Shown: positions 1 through 12,666 of the stretch, piece by piece | How positions within the stretch are numbered: the first letter of the stretch is position 1 | How the letters are laid out: each line of letters starts with the position of its first letter | Origin: Bugula neritina | Lineage: Eukaryota; Animalia; Bryozoa | Direction: 5' to 3' | NCBI GenBank assembly: GCA_964035545.1 | Contig: OZ037767.1 | Span: 26,428,628 to 26,492,627, forward strand | DNA length: 64,000 bases | Translations under genes and position numbers: made by a program | Notes under the pieces: generated by a model | Told to the model about the DNA's origin: nothing | Database searches by the model: none | Seen by the model: only the letters and a program-made list of their open reading frames with translations

Positions 1-133
1 AGTGTGACACATATACTGTAGTGCGACACTTATATACTGCAATGTGACACCTATATGTTGTAGTGTGACACATATACTGTAGTGTGACACCTATATACTG
101 TAGTGTGACACCTATATACTGTAGTGCGATACT
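1..133. repeat. Minisatellite, 19-23 bp unit (TAGTGTGACACCTATATACTG), truncated by the window edge
   Basis: About 6 imperfect tandem copies read directly. Confidence 0.85.
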
Positions 134-957
134 TAATGTATACATATAATGAAAGGTTGTGTATTGTATGATATTTGTATTCTTTAATGGAATATCAACC
201 AGTATGCTGCTTGTACAATTTCAGAGTTGTGTGTCTAAAGAAATTAATTTTATATATATAATCCCAATTAGTAGATCTGCTCCATTATTATGTTGTCATT
301 TCTATACAATACACAACTTATTATAGCATAGTATTGTAGCCTATATATTTAAATACCCACTTAAGTAACTATATAGATAACAGATTATAGCAGTTGTGTT
401 GCTCTTCTCATTTAACTAAAAAAGGATCAGCTATATTTTGATTGCTAGAAGGTATTTTTAGTCACTAAACTTGTAGAAACTGATGTGTATATTTGCCGAA
501 AGATGAGGTGGTGTGTTCGACTTTCCCAGTTTCAATTTTTTAGCTGCCAGATATTAGTGAATTCTTCCAGCAGTACTATAGCTTTAAAAATATGAAACTT
601 ATCAATTATTCAATTCCTGTAACAAATTGTATTTGACTTTTCCACAGCTCAAAGATGACATGTGTCTTGGTAAGCGTTTGTGCTATATGTTCCCGCTATA
701 AAATAAAAAGTAATATTATATTGTATTTCTATACTGCATTTCTCAGATTCCGATATTTAGGTATTTATTTATTATAGCTAACATCAAACACAAAGCTTAA
801 AAACACAAACAAAACCAAGTAGAGATTAGCTGTGTTCATTAAATATATAATCATTATTCCAAAGCAAACAATGCCAGAGGGACAACTCTAAAGTGACAAC
901 ACAGTTTTTATGACAAATAAATCAAGATAGCCAATCGGGTGATGGTTTCTTAACTGT

Positions 958-1914
958 TTAACTGGCATCAGGTTGGACCTGATTAGAGCATCTATCAATT
1001 CTTAAAATACTCTTTATTTTAGTGACATATTTTGGATGAAAATAAGCAAATAAAACTACATTGGCTATACCATAAAGGTTGACACTAAGTGTAGCAACAA
1101 TCTCTACTATGAATATGAAAGTTGAAAAGATTGAAAATTGGAGCACTACCAAAATTGCTAACAAAGAGTTCAATAGTTGATGCATCACGTATATCCATAT
1201 GATGTATTTACTTGCAGCCAACAATTTTTTATTGCGTTGTCTACCAATCGGATTCTTTATCATAATTCTTAACTTTCTCCAGACTTTCACCAGAAGAACC
1301 GTGATAACCACAGATGTGCTACAGATCGGTATCGCTAGCAAAACAGATGCTAGTATTGAAGATTTGCCGGAAACAGACATAACCTTTAGCTGTGACCAGC
1401 AAAGCTCTGGTAAGTGTGTTGCCCAAGTAGTAAATGAATATATAAATGTCAAAGCCATTGCGAATCCAAAACATATCTTTATCTTCCTGACAATGTAGTT
1501 TGTTTTGTAGTCGTGTGGTTTGCAAACAGCAACGTATCTTTCTATGCTTGCTATTAATAGCACAGAATACCTAGAAATCACTGCAAATCTCATCAAGATT
1601 TGAACAGCAAGAAATAGCGAGTATGTGGCAAAGGAGGAAAGTTTGAAAATGGCTACACGGAGTTCGTAGCTGAAATACAACATAGTAATGACACTGTTTA
1701 CGATATCAGATAGAGTTATATTTACTAGAATCCAGGAATACTTTGTCGCTTTCAACTCCACTATTTGACACAGTACAAGCAGATGTAGGATATTTAAAAT
1801 GAAAGAAACCGAGTTTATAGCATTGTTAGCCTGGTTGAACGGCTGGTAACATGTCTCTGTATCATTCTGAACGCATGGTAAGACTTCAAAGTTAGTAGAA
1901 ATGTAGTTTCCCAT
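958..1914 (-). CDS. Intronless rhodopsin-family (class A) 7TM GPCR, orphan/chemoreceptor-like, copy A
   Basis: 318-aa ORF with seven hydrophobic segments, TM1 N (ILNILHL), TM2 NITLSD, TM3 ASIERYVAVCKP (DRY-type motif) and an N-terminal NDT sequon. Confidence 0.9.
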   Translation of the reverse strand: MGNYISTNFEVLPCVQNDTETCYQPFNQANNAINSVSFILNILHLLVLCQIVELKATKYSWILVNITLSDIVNSVITMLYFSYELRVAIFKLSSFATYSLFLAVQILMRFAVISRYSVLLIASIERYVAVCKPHDYKTNYIVRKIKICFGFAMALTFIYSFTTWATHLPELCWSQLKVMSVSGKSSILASVLLAIPICSTSVVITVLLVKVWRKLRIMIKNPIGRQRNKKLLAASKYIIWIYVMHQLLNSLLAILVVLQFSIFSTFIFIVEIVATLSVNLYGIANVVLFAYFHPKYVTKIKSILRIDRCSNQVQPDAS

Positions 1915-3028
1915 GGTTGTCTGCTATCTAGCTACAAAGTGTCGACTGTATATATTTGAAATATCAGTTACTTGAGCTCTGATGTAAGAGGTATATTTAC
2001 TAGCGGCTACCCTTTCCTAAGTGTGGATACCACAAAGACACTCAACCATTTGAACAGTTTGAGATTGAAAAATAGCTATTATATGTTTTATATAATGATA
2101 TATTATCTTCTATAAGTATAGATTTTTAACAGTGAAATTAAATCATTTCTTTTGAGATGTTCAAATTAATTGAGAAACTCGTTTCTTATTTTCCAGTAAG
2201 ATGCTATTGAAAGGAAATACAGTGCTATGCATCACATACATTTATTGTGAAATAGCTGAATATACTAAATTAATTTGAAGCACACTTAGAACAGTGTGGT
2301 AGCTGTACAACTACATTAGTTTCTCAAAAATCAATGGAAATGGAATTATTGCCTTTACAGCTCATGCGAGTGCCATCTCTCCAATTGATATTAGTTCTTT
2401 TAATTGACTCTCATCAACACTGCACATTGACTTCACCTACATCTTGTAGTTTTTGTAATCTATTCATATGTCGACACTGCACACTGACATATAAAATAAC
2501 TGCTGCAAATATTGTGGCTAATAATACCAATTGTAAGACTGCTGATCTCGCTTCATTTATTCAGTATTAAATTATTCACATATATCTGAGCTATTATCTA
2601 TAGACTGCTTGGGAGTTGTATGCTCAAACAATTTGGTTTTATAATGAATTTCGTGCTCATGCCAATGACATTTTCATTAGGCTAAGGAGTTCATATGCAG
2701 TATTATGAAACTGATACCAATTCTTGCTGACTGTCAGGGCATGCTATGCTTAACTGCTAAAACACACTAAGTTGACTTAGAAGTAAAGATTAAGCTTTAG
2801 ATGAAATTAGTGTATTTTTAAAACATTTTTGTTACATAGAATATTATAATAAAACATGTAATACGAACTTGGCTTGTGTCTACAAACCTTCCTCTAATAC
2901 ATTTAGCCTACCAATATATAATCATTATACCAGAGCAAACAATACCAGAGGGACAACTCCAAAGTGACAACACTGCTCTTACAACAAATAAATTAAGATA
3001 GTCCATCAGATAATGATCTCTTAACTGT

Positions 3029-3985
3029 TCAACTGTCATCAGGTTGAACCTGATTGGAGCATCTATCAATTCTTAAAATACTCTTTATTTTGCTGACATA
3101 TTTTGGATGGAAATAAGCAAATAGCATTACATTTGCTATGCCATACAAATTGACACAAAACGTAGCAACAATCTCTAATATGAAAGTGAAAGTCGAGAAG
3201 TTCGTAAACTGCAGCACCATTAAAGTTGTCAGCAAAAAGTTTGATATTTGATGCATCACGTATATCCATATGATGAATTTACTTGCAGTCAACAATGTTT
3301 TATCGCTTTGTCTACTAATCGGCTTCTTTATCATAATTCTCAACTTTCTCCAGACTTTCACCAGAAGAATTATGATCACCAGTGACTCGGCACCAACTGG
3401 TATGGTTAATAAAGCAGATGCTAATATCTGGGGCTTGCCAAAAGCATACATGACTTTAAGCTGTGACCAACAAAGCTTTGGCAAGTAAACCACACAAATA
3501 AGACAGGAGTATAAGAATCCTAAAGCTAGTGCAAATCCAAAACATCTCTTGATCTTCCTTACAATGTAGTTTGTTTTGTAGTTGTGTGGTCTGCAAACAG
3601 CAACGTATCTTTCTATGCTTGCTATAAATAACACGGAATACCTGGAAATCACAGCAAATCCTATCAAGGCTTGAGCTGTGAAAAATAGTGAGTATGCCAC
3701 AATAGAAGAAAGTTTAAAAATGGCGACACGAAGTTTGCAGCTGAAATACAAAAAATTAATGATGCAGATTATGGTATCAGTAATAGTTATGTTTACTACA
3801 ATCCAGAAATACTTTGTATTTTTAAATTCCTTTATCTGACGCAGTACAAGCAGATGTAGGATATTCAAAACGAAAGATGCCAAGTTCATAGCATTGTTAG
3901 TCTGGTTGAACGGCTGATAACACGTCTCTGTATCATTCTGAACGCATGGTAAGACTTCAAAGTTAGTAGAGCCATAGTTTCCCAT
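3029..3985 (-). CDS. Intronless rhodopsin-family GPCR, tandem paralogue, copy B
   Basis: 318-aa ORF colinear with copy A (ASIERYVAVCRP). Flanking DNA is also duplicated (841-905 vs 2913-2975), giving a ~2.07 kb period. Confidence 0.9.
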   Translation of the reverse strand: MGNYGSTNFEVLPCVQNDTETCYQPFNQTNNAMNLASFVLNILHLLVLRQIKEFKNTKYFWIVVNITITDTIICIINFLYFSCKLRVAIFKLSSIVAYSLFFTAQALIGFAVISRYSVLFIASIERYVAVCRPHNYKTNYIVRKIKRCFGFALALGFLYSCLICVVYLPKLCWSQLKVMYAFGKPQILASALLTIPVGAESLVIIILLVKVWRKLRIMIKKPISRQSDKTLLTASKFIIWIYVMHQISNFLLTTLMVLQFTNFSTFTFILEIVATFCVNLYGIANVMLFAYFHPKYVSKIKSILRIDRCSNQVQPDDS

Positions 3986-5949
3986 AATTCTCTGTTAACC
4001 AGCCAAGAAATGTCAACTATATATGATATATCAGCTGCTTGAGCTTTTGTATAAGAGGTACACTCACCAGTAGCGTATCTTTTCGTATGTATAGGCAACA
4101 CATATACTGTCGACTATATAGAAGTAATTTCAAATTGCAAAATAATGGAGTTCTGATTTATGCTATGGTAATGCAATATCTGTTATAAAATAAACTGCAA
4201 AGTTATTAGTTTAAAATATACACTATACTTAGGAAGCTTGTTTCCTATTCTTGGAGAGATTTCATTAGAAGTAGATTGTTAATTACTTTTCTAATTATGA
4301 TATCATAATACAGTACATATATGTATATGTTCTATATAATGTTTACTGTGAAATATAAGCTTTGCATAATAACTATGTTGAAAACCAAGAAATCTAAGAA
4401 GTATACATGTAATCATTTCATTTTCATAAAAATCAATGACTCTATAACATATCAGGCAGGCCTAAGTTCTTTATAAAATATAATGTTTGGTTTGATCTTT
4501 TTCAAATTATGCATTAAAATAAGTTTGTCTGACTGCAGGCAGTTCAATCTTATGCCAGGTTTTTTCACTATTCTTTGTAGTAGACTTACACAGCTACACT
4601 AAGCACTGAGCCTGGCAATCTATAAAACTAATTTTGCAAATGTTTTAGATAATGTCTGGGATCTGTATAAACTGCAAAAAAACAGATAGTTACAGAAACA
4701 AGAAATTAGGGTGGTTTTTCTAGCAGTTATATGTTTCAATTGTTGTCTGAGCAAATAAATATGCCAACAGCATAATATGCACCCAAATGGGTGTATTTGT
4801 GAAAGCAGTTTTATCCCATATAGAACTAAATATAAAAATATAAGGCTGCACTAATATAGAATACTAATCATTTCGTGCTGCCTACAGCTAGCTAGTAAAT
4901 TTGCATTCGCAGATATTTGATAACTAAAATTAGGTCAACTCTTGGATCTCTCTTTCTCTACTGAATAATACTGGAAGAGAAGGTAAACATAAATATAGAG
5001 ACTCATAGTATGATATAATAATATACTCATGTCAATTTTTGGGAGGGCTATTTTAGCCCTATCATAAAAGACTAGCTTTCATAATATTTTGAAAGTTTCT
5101 AATCATTTCAACTCATGCATTCGAGCGCACACACATGTATCATATATCATAATAATCTTAATATTTTCAAAATAGGCCTATACTGTTTTGTATTTTTGAG
5201 CAATTATATGAAATGTTAAAATATTTCAGTAAAATATTCAACAAGAAAAAGGACATATTAAGCACATTATTCATAATCTTTGCTTTGTTTTGCTTTTCTC
5301 AAGACCAATGTTATAGATTTCTCCCTGCATAAAGACGTGGAAATGCAAAATTATGCAAGTATGTATCAGTACATGGTTTGTAAAGAGGAAAGTTGATTTG
5401 ACAGCGTGAGATTGACAAAATAAGTTTAATATTAGTGTAAGCACTTGAAACTTCAACATACTTCTACTGTTCAACAGCTTATGGGCAGTAAACATAATAT
5501 TTAGAATATGTTATTATAGTCGCTGCTTAGTTTATGCTGGAGTCATAAACTTTTAACGTATAACTTAACAGCATAGCGATATGCAAGCTGCATTAATTTT
5601 CAATAATTTTCAACATTTATGGAGTTGTCCCATTTATTTGTGTGGTGTAATCAGATTAGTAATAATAATTTGTACCAAAGAGTCATCTTTCCTGCTTTTT
5701 ATTCCGCGAAGCATCAAGGTATGTAGAACACAGGATAAGCTCGCTTCGCTACAAGTAGTAGTAGTACATTCTGGATATTCATAATAATTCATATTCCTAC
5801 TAGTACTGTACTATCAATATTCGTATCTTTTGGCGTTGAAATTTACAGTTTTTCAAGTTAAAATCATTTGTTTTGGAAATGTCATGAGCCAGTGTTTAAT
5901 ACTAATTATTAATATTTGTGCGTGAAAAGAAAACCGACTGGGAATCATT

Positions 5950-6600
5950 AATAATATTAATATTAAGTTTAACGTTGGTGATTACAATTACATTAGTATT
6001 ACTGATTAGAATTATTATTACATTTAGTTTTACTTGAACTTCACGTGGAACCGGACTGCCACTGGTGGGTAATACTTATCCTTATACTCATGCTAATACT
6101 AATAGTAATAGTAATACTAATAGCTATTGTAATACTTACAGTTAATGTTATACTAATACTAATACTAAATCAAATGTAATACTCATACTGATAGTAATAC
6201 TTATACTAACACTAACAGTAACGGTAATACTTGTACTATAAGTATAAGTATAACTATAAGTATAAGTATTACCATCACTGTTAGTGTTAGTTATAGTTAT
6301 ACTAATACTAACTCGAACTGTAAGTGTAAGACCCAAGTCTAATAGTAATACTAATACTAATACTAATAGTAATACTAATACTAATACTAATAGTAAATGC
6401 AATACTAATTAATACTAATAGTAATAGTGATACTTAAAGTTAAACTTGAAGTTATTGTAATTGTTGATCTTACTAAGTTAATGTTATACTTACACTAATA
6501 TTTACTAATTGGTAATTACTAATAGTAATACTATTACTATTAGTATTACTATTTTTAAAAATAATTAGTAATTTAAATTACTAATAATGATATTAATACC
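5950..6600. repeat. Low-complexity hexamer tract (TAATAC/TAGTAA/AGTATA) upstream of SPEN
   Basis: Visible 6-nt periodicity; generates the spurious LV-rich ORF 6148-6402. Confidence 0.75.
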
Positions 6601-7204
6601 AACAGTAATTAAAAACTAAAAGTAAATTACTGTAATTAGTAGTAAATACAATAATATAACATACAGCTGCATCTACGAACGTAGTGGCTGTCCTAGAACT
6701 TTGCACATTCAGTTTCACGTTCCCATTGTTTTTATGTCCATCTTTTAGCCTTATGCTACTAGTTTGAATACTAGTATAATTGAAGAGAATTTTGTGATTT
6801 CTTCGCATATTTTCATTCCATAAATGGTAGTACTAATGGCTACTAAGAATTTATAAATGTGGACAACTCAAACTGTAGTTTTGATTGATATAGTTTTGGA
6901 CATGTTTTTGTTTTAGCTGTTCAATATGATGGATTTTGTATATTTTCTGCAGAAAGAAAATAATTTGGGATCATCAGATAATAAGGAGAACTATAGTTAC
7001 CTGAATATCACCAGCTGCAACTTTCAAATTTCAAGTTACTCATCGTATCTCTGATAGTTACCTCTTGTTCATCACGAATGAGATGTTTATGGATGAAGTA
7101 AAGTCTTGCACATTGTTACAATTATACACTTTGCAAAAATTTCACTCATTGAAAGTTGCTGCCAATTGTGGTATTGGACAGACTCCTGACTAACTCCCTA
7201 CGTG

Positions 7205-10200
7205 ATGGTCAGAGAATCACGGTATATTAAAGTTGGACAAATTCCTATCGGGATTTCAGATGACAAAGTCGCTGATCACTTTAGAAAGTATGTTCTATAA
7301 ATTCCTATTAATTTTAGCAAAAATTAGAATCTAGAATATTACTCAGATTAGTTCTTTTAAGCTACTAGGGTTAGAACAGTTGAAATGTCTCTGCTCATAT
7401 TCGTAGTGAAATTTGTCCCCAAATACAATGGCGATATTCATTGCCATCCAACACAGCATGACATTTTGCCAGCGTTATACGTGGTTTTGTACGGCTAAAC
7501 ATAACTTTGCAATTCCCCAGCAATTATTCTAGCTACCATAATATAGTTGAAATGCTCAATAAGTTCTAAAAGCAAATGAGCTAAGTGTAAGTTAATGATT
7601 GATTACTTTAACTAGTTATCAAACTGCCTGCTAGTAGCTGGTAGCCATGTTGCGCATATCAAATTTCACCTTCAACTAGGATATAAGTGAACTAGGTTGT
7701 TTTTCTGAACGCGTAACCACAATGCTCTTTTAATTCCCTGATTAATTTAGCTTGGAGTGATTATTAGAAGGGCTGTGGCCCTGTCGAACTGTTAGTAATA
7801 TAAATGATAGCGTTTTCTGATAATTTTGCGGTTAGAGGCAAACCGCACTATATTCTATATGCTTGGTTAGCTTGCAGTATTTGCGGTTTATCATTATCAC
7901 AAGAATAATTCAATGGCATTCACCTATTGTCATAGCAATAAAGCCCCCCAGAAGCTACGGTGTGGCTCCACAAAGTATCATTATTGTGAAAGCAAGTTGG
8001 AATAAGAGCCCTTATCTGCGTTTAAGTTTCTAGTCTATTGAATACGCTCCACCATGTTGAATGAATTCACTTAGAACTAGAAATTCTTGAAAGGATCATT
8101 TCATTAAAATCTATTTAGGGATTAGTTTGTTTTGCAGACGAACTATTGAGCTATAGAAAACCTGTGCAGGTTTTGAGATCGGAGCTCTTTGTTTAAAACC
8201 AGACATTATTCTATTGATTGAGCTCACGCAGCCTAATATCAGCAGATAATAAGTTTGTACGCCTTTTGTGTTATTCAGTAAAGCTTGGCTACACACAATG
8301 CAGTACTAACCAACTGATGGAAATCAATACATCATGTGATGTTGAATCAAAATGCTGGGTATGGGCTTATAATAGCTCAATATGCCTAGCCGCCTCCTGT
8401 TATCGCTATTGCTTGCCAGTTTTCTATTAGCTAGTTATCAGCTATCCTACGCAGTAACAGGCTTGTACAGCCGTGTACAGCTGCACACTAATCAATACAG
8501 AATGCAAGGCAAATATCATAGTGGCTGAAAATCGTAGGATTGAAAGGCAACCCTTATGTGTCATGTTGCTGATGTTGAGCAGCAAGTTGATGTATGGTGG
8601 TTTGTTTTAGATATGGTAAAGTGCATTCTGTAAGACTTGAGGACCAGGCAGACTGCCTTGAAGCTGTAGTTGCCTTCACCGACATCAAGGCAGCTAGTCA
8701 AGCATACAACGAGGATCAGCTACTTAATGGTGCTTGCCCCTTATCTATTGCCTTCTGTGATGCTACCGGTACAACTCAGAGTGAAGCCCGATGTCCAACA
8801 CATTCAGTTGAGAAGTTGGATGGTGGTTGCACACCCACCCATACTGATGGAACTTTAAATGGACCTTTGTCTGTTGTGGGAGATAAGGAGGGGTAAGAGA
8901 CAGATGAGTGGTGATGATCTAGTTAATACAAACACTATAACTCTTGTTTCCACTTTTTCGGCAGTGCACATGCAATGCAGCAGCAGCGTACTAAATTCAT
9001 GTCTAGCAAAGCTGATAATATTGACTTGCTGTCAGTCCCAGTAGACGCTCAGCTAGGATAAAAATGGTAACATATAAACCCAAGGATTACATTATTTCCC
9101 GACCCATTCAGTAATTTCACATGCTCTACTTTCAGCCCTCTCTTCCTCAAACTCCTAGTGCTATAAGAATGGCATTAAAATACTGATTTTATGAATCATC
9201 GCCTACACATTAACTATGTGTATAATGTAGTATTAATATTGTACTAGCTTAGTATTAGTTATAGCTGCAACCATCCACCTGGCTCTTTCATAACCAACTG
9301 CTACAAATCTTGAACTCTTGCTTTCACACTCTTTTCCTCCTCCCTTCAAACGGATTAGTAAAGCTACCATCTTATGGATTATATCTATCCTATGGATTAC
9401 ATCTATCCTATGGATTATACATTTGCCAACCCCTTTGGATTATATATATTTTCTTTGGATTATATGCCATTTCTAACATCCAAGTTGGATTACAAAATTT
9501 CTGTCGGATTATTGTTACTGGCAAAATGGTAAGTCACTACATTATTTTCATAATATTTCATGTGAATTCTCAATATTTCAATTATTGATAGTGCTATGGC
9601 TGCTTTAACCACTGCAATGATTACTTGATTTTCTTATTATTGCAGCTTGGATATCATAAACTGCCCAGACATCTTCCATCTCCAACTTGGATTATTTCTC
9701 CTGGAACTGTGCATTGGATTAATGTAATGCCGGAGTGCATCTACCCAACTGGGTTATCTGGGAATGGATTAGAAAGAGGCCAACCGAGGATATTGTATTA
9801 TAAACTGCTCGTACTAACTGACGTGGCACAGCCTTCTCATTTCAATTACAACTGCCGGCCCTCCATTATTTAATCTACTAGCTGCAATAACACTTCGCTT
9901 TCCAAGATAATGCAGTAACTAGAGCGTCGCTTGTTGACCCAAAGCCTTTGGAACGGTGCCAACTATCTATGTAAATAGGATGGCTTAGCCTATGTGGTAT
10001 ATAGCGTGTTGGAGCTCTCGCACTTGCGCTCCTAAATTGTTTAGAAGCCATGGATTTAAGGCTGACATGTTTGACTTGATGTACGTCTGAATTCTGCCAC
10101 TGTTGATCATGGCTGTAACGTTCGAGAGCTGTTGTTGATGTGCTGGTGATGGTTGTACTACTGGGACCACCATTAACTATATTATTAGTGAGTTAGTCTA

Positions 10201-12623
10201 TGGCCACATAACCCAGCAACGTACTAGACTGGCGCTGGGTACTAATTGCTACTGGAGTATGATTACTAAACTTTCTGAACTAGTCTTGTGAAATTCCAGT
10301 TTAGTTGTAGTGCAGTTCATGATAATTCCATGTACCCAGTTCTCGCTATAAAAGCTTAGTACGGCATCATCACGGAATTCCTCGATTCACACTGATGTTA
10401 TCAGTTGATCAGAACTGACTGTAAATCAAGTTTCTCAAATTCTGGCAAAATCTTTAATGCTCAATTTGTGATGAACTATATGTAAACTTGAAGCTATCTT
10501 TCCATGATTATATTATATTGTGTTATTTATAAAACAAATAAAACATCCTCTTGTAGGCGATAAAGAATGTTTTTGTTGTTCAAGCCTTGTTTCTAAATGC
10601 AGTTATTTTAAAGCTGTGTAGGTGTTCCAGGTCTATTTTATCAGGGTTACCATAATCTGGTTGTAATAATAAGCTAGATATAATAGTGACCATCGTAGTA
10701 GTGGTGCCACTGTAAATGGTAAATGTATTGGAAGTATTGGCAACAGTAATGTTGATAGTGGTAAGAGTATTGATGAAACTAGTAATTTTGTTCCAGTAAA
10801 AGTAATGATTATAATGGTAATAGACTGTAACTATGGTAATGATAGTGCTAATAGTGGTGGTGGTAGTAGTAATAATGATAGTAGTAGTAATAGTAGTAGT
10901 CGCAGTAGCAGTATAATAGTAGTAGTAGTAGTAGCAGTATAGTAGTTAACTCACTCACTCATAGTAGTAGTAGTAATAATAATAGTGGTGGTAGTAGTAG
11001 CAGCAGTATAGTAGTAGTAGCAGTAGTAGTAGTAACAACAGTAGTAGTAGGGATAGTAGCGATTGGCAGGGTTGGAAATGTATTACTACCACTGTTTAAT
11101 TATGTTTATATCTAGCATAGCAATATTTATTTAATTAGCAGTTTGCTGTTCATCCCCATATATACTATACTCGGGTTACTTATTTCTTACTAATGGCAAG
11201 ATCAGTTTGCCTAGCTCCTACAAGGCTTGCCTTTGTGCTGGTAATCTGTAATACTGTCGGACTGCATGCAAGTCAACCTATAATGTTCATTTCGTTCTAT
11301 ATTATATTGATTATAAATGAATAATACTCCAGGGAATTTCAAATTTCAAGCTGTTCATGTATTATAGTCATTTAATAGTCTACTGGGCTGTTAACAAAAA
11401 ACTACTGGTAGCCAGTTGCCTGCTTAGCTGTGTAGGCTATTTTTAAAAGCTGACAAATTGGAATAAATATAATGCATACACTTTTCTTACTCAATTGGCT
11501 GAATACTGAAAGTTGGATGATTAGAAGAATCCACAGTGATGTTTTTTATTTTGTATTTAAGGCATCGCCAGTTCAATCGATCCGATATATTTGATTATGA
11601 ACTTGATTTTATAATGGTGCAATTTTAAGTTATTTTTGGTTAGTGAGATAGTGTGGCATGTTAGATGAGATTCATTATAGCTCTCGACTTAATTTAGTCC
11701 CTTTCTTACAGAGCCACCACTTCTCCAGAAAGGAATAAAGAAAAAAGAAAATCCAAGTCACCTTCTAGAAATAAGGGACATTCTAAATCTCCTCCTAATA
11801 GTAGATCGAGATCTCGGTCTAACTCAACTGGCAGCTCTAAAAGGTTAGTTGAGTTTGAGTATATGCACAGCTGGTGTATCATCTACTACTTCATTTCTAG
11901 TACCACCAGATTGTGCTGTACAGCATAGCAGATTGTATATTATTTTCCATTGTAGTGATAATAACTTGAAGTGCTTTAGTTTTTACCATCAATTTGCTAT
12001 TCTATAATACTTATCATTTCCATCTCTAAGTAGGCTGGTACAACCTTTGTATTTAGTACTTGCTAAGCAGATGTTCGAAACCATTCCTGGCACATGCCCA
12101 AGTCTACCAAAGCATATCATTTATAATCAACTAACTGAATGTTGCAACAACAATCAATAATGGGTTGGTTACCATACTCTGTATGTATACCAGCCTACAG
12201 CCAGCCAGAGCTTTGAACAAGGTTGTGTATAGTTGGTAGAGTACTTAGCCTGGGCTAAATAGTCATTATAAGTCTAGTTGGGAGAGAGGAAAATATTTCA
12301 TGTTTTCAGCTTATAGGCTGAGATCAAGTGTCAAGTATCACATCCTGATGGTAGTGTTATAGTATGACACTCTCAAAATAGAATTCAGTAGTGTTTGCAG
12401 GTGCTTCCCGCTGTGAATGTAATGTTTATAACCTAGGATGTTATGCTGTTAGTACTGCCACTACTACTAGTACCACTAGTAATATTACTACTACAGTTAA
12501 TACTAATAATATATTGTTAGTACTAATTATGTACTATTAGTAGCGCTATCGCTACTACTACTACCACTGCTACTACCTCTACTACCACCACCACCACTAC
12601 TACTACCACTACTACTGCTACTA

Positions 12624-12666
<43 letters not shown>

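Noticed and set aside
6148-6402. 84-aa LV-rich ORF resembling a membrane protein
   Set aside because: It is the translation of a hexamer low-complexity tract
9352-9520. CRISPR-like appearance of short repeats with variable spacers
   Set aside because: The repeat is only 6-8 nt, spacing is irregular, the context is a eukaryotic intron and there are no cas genes
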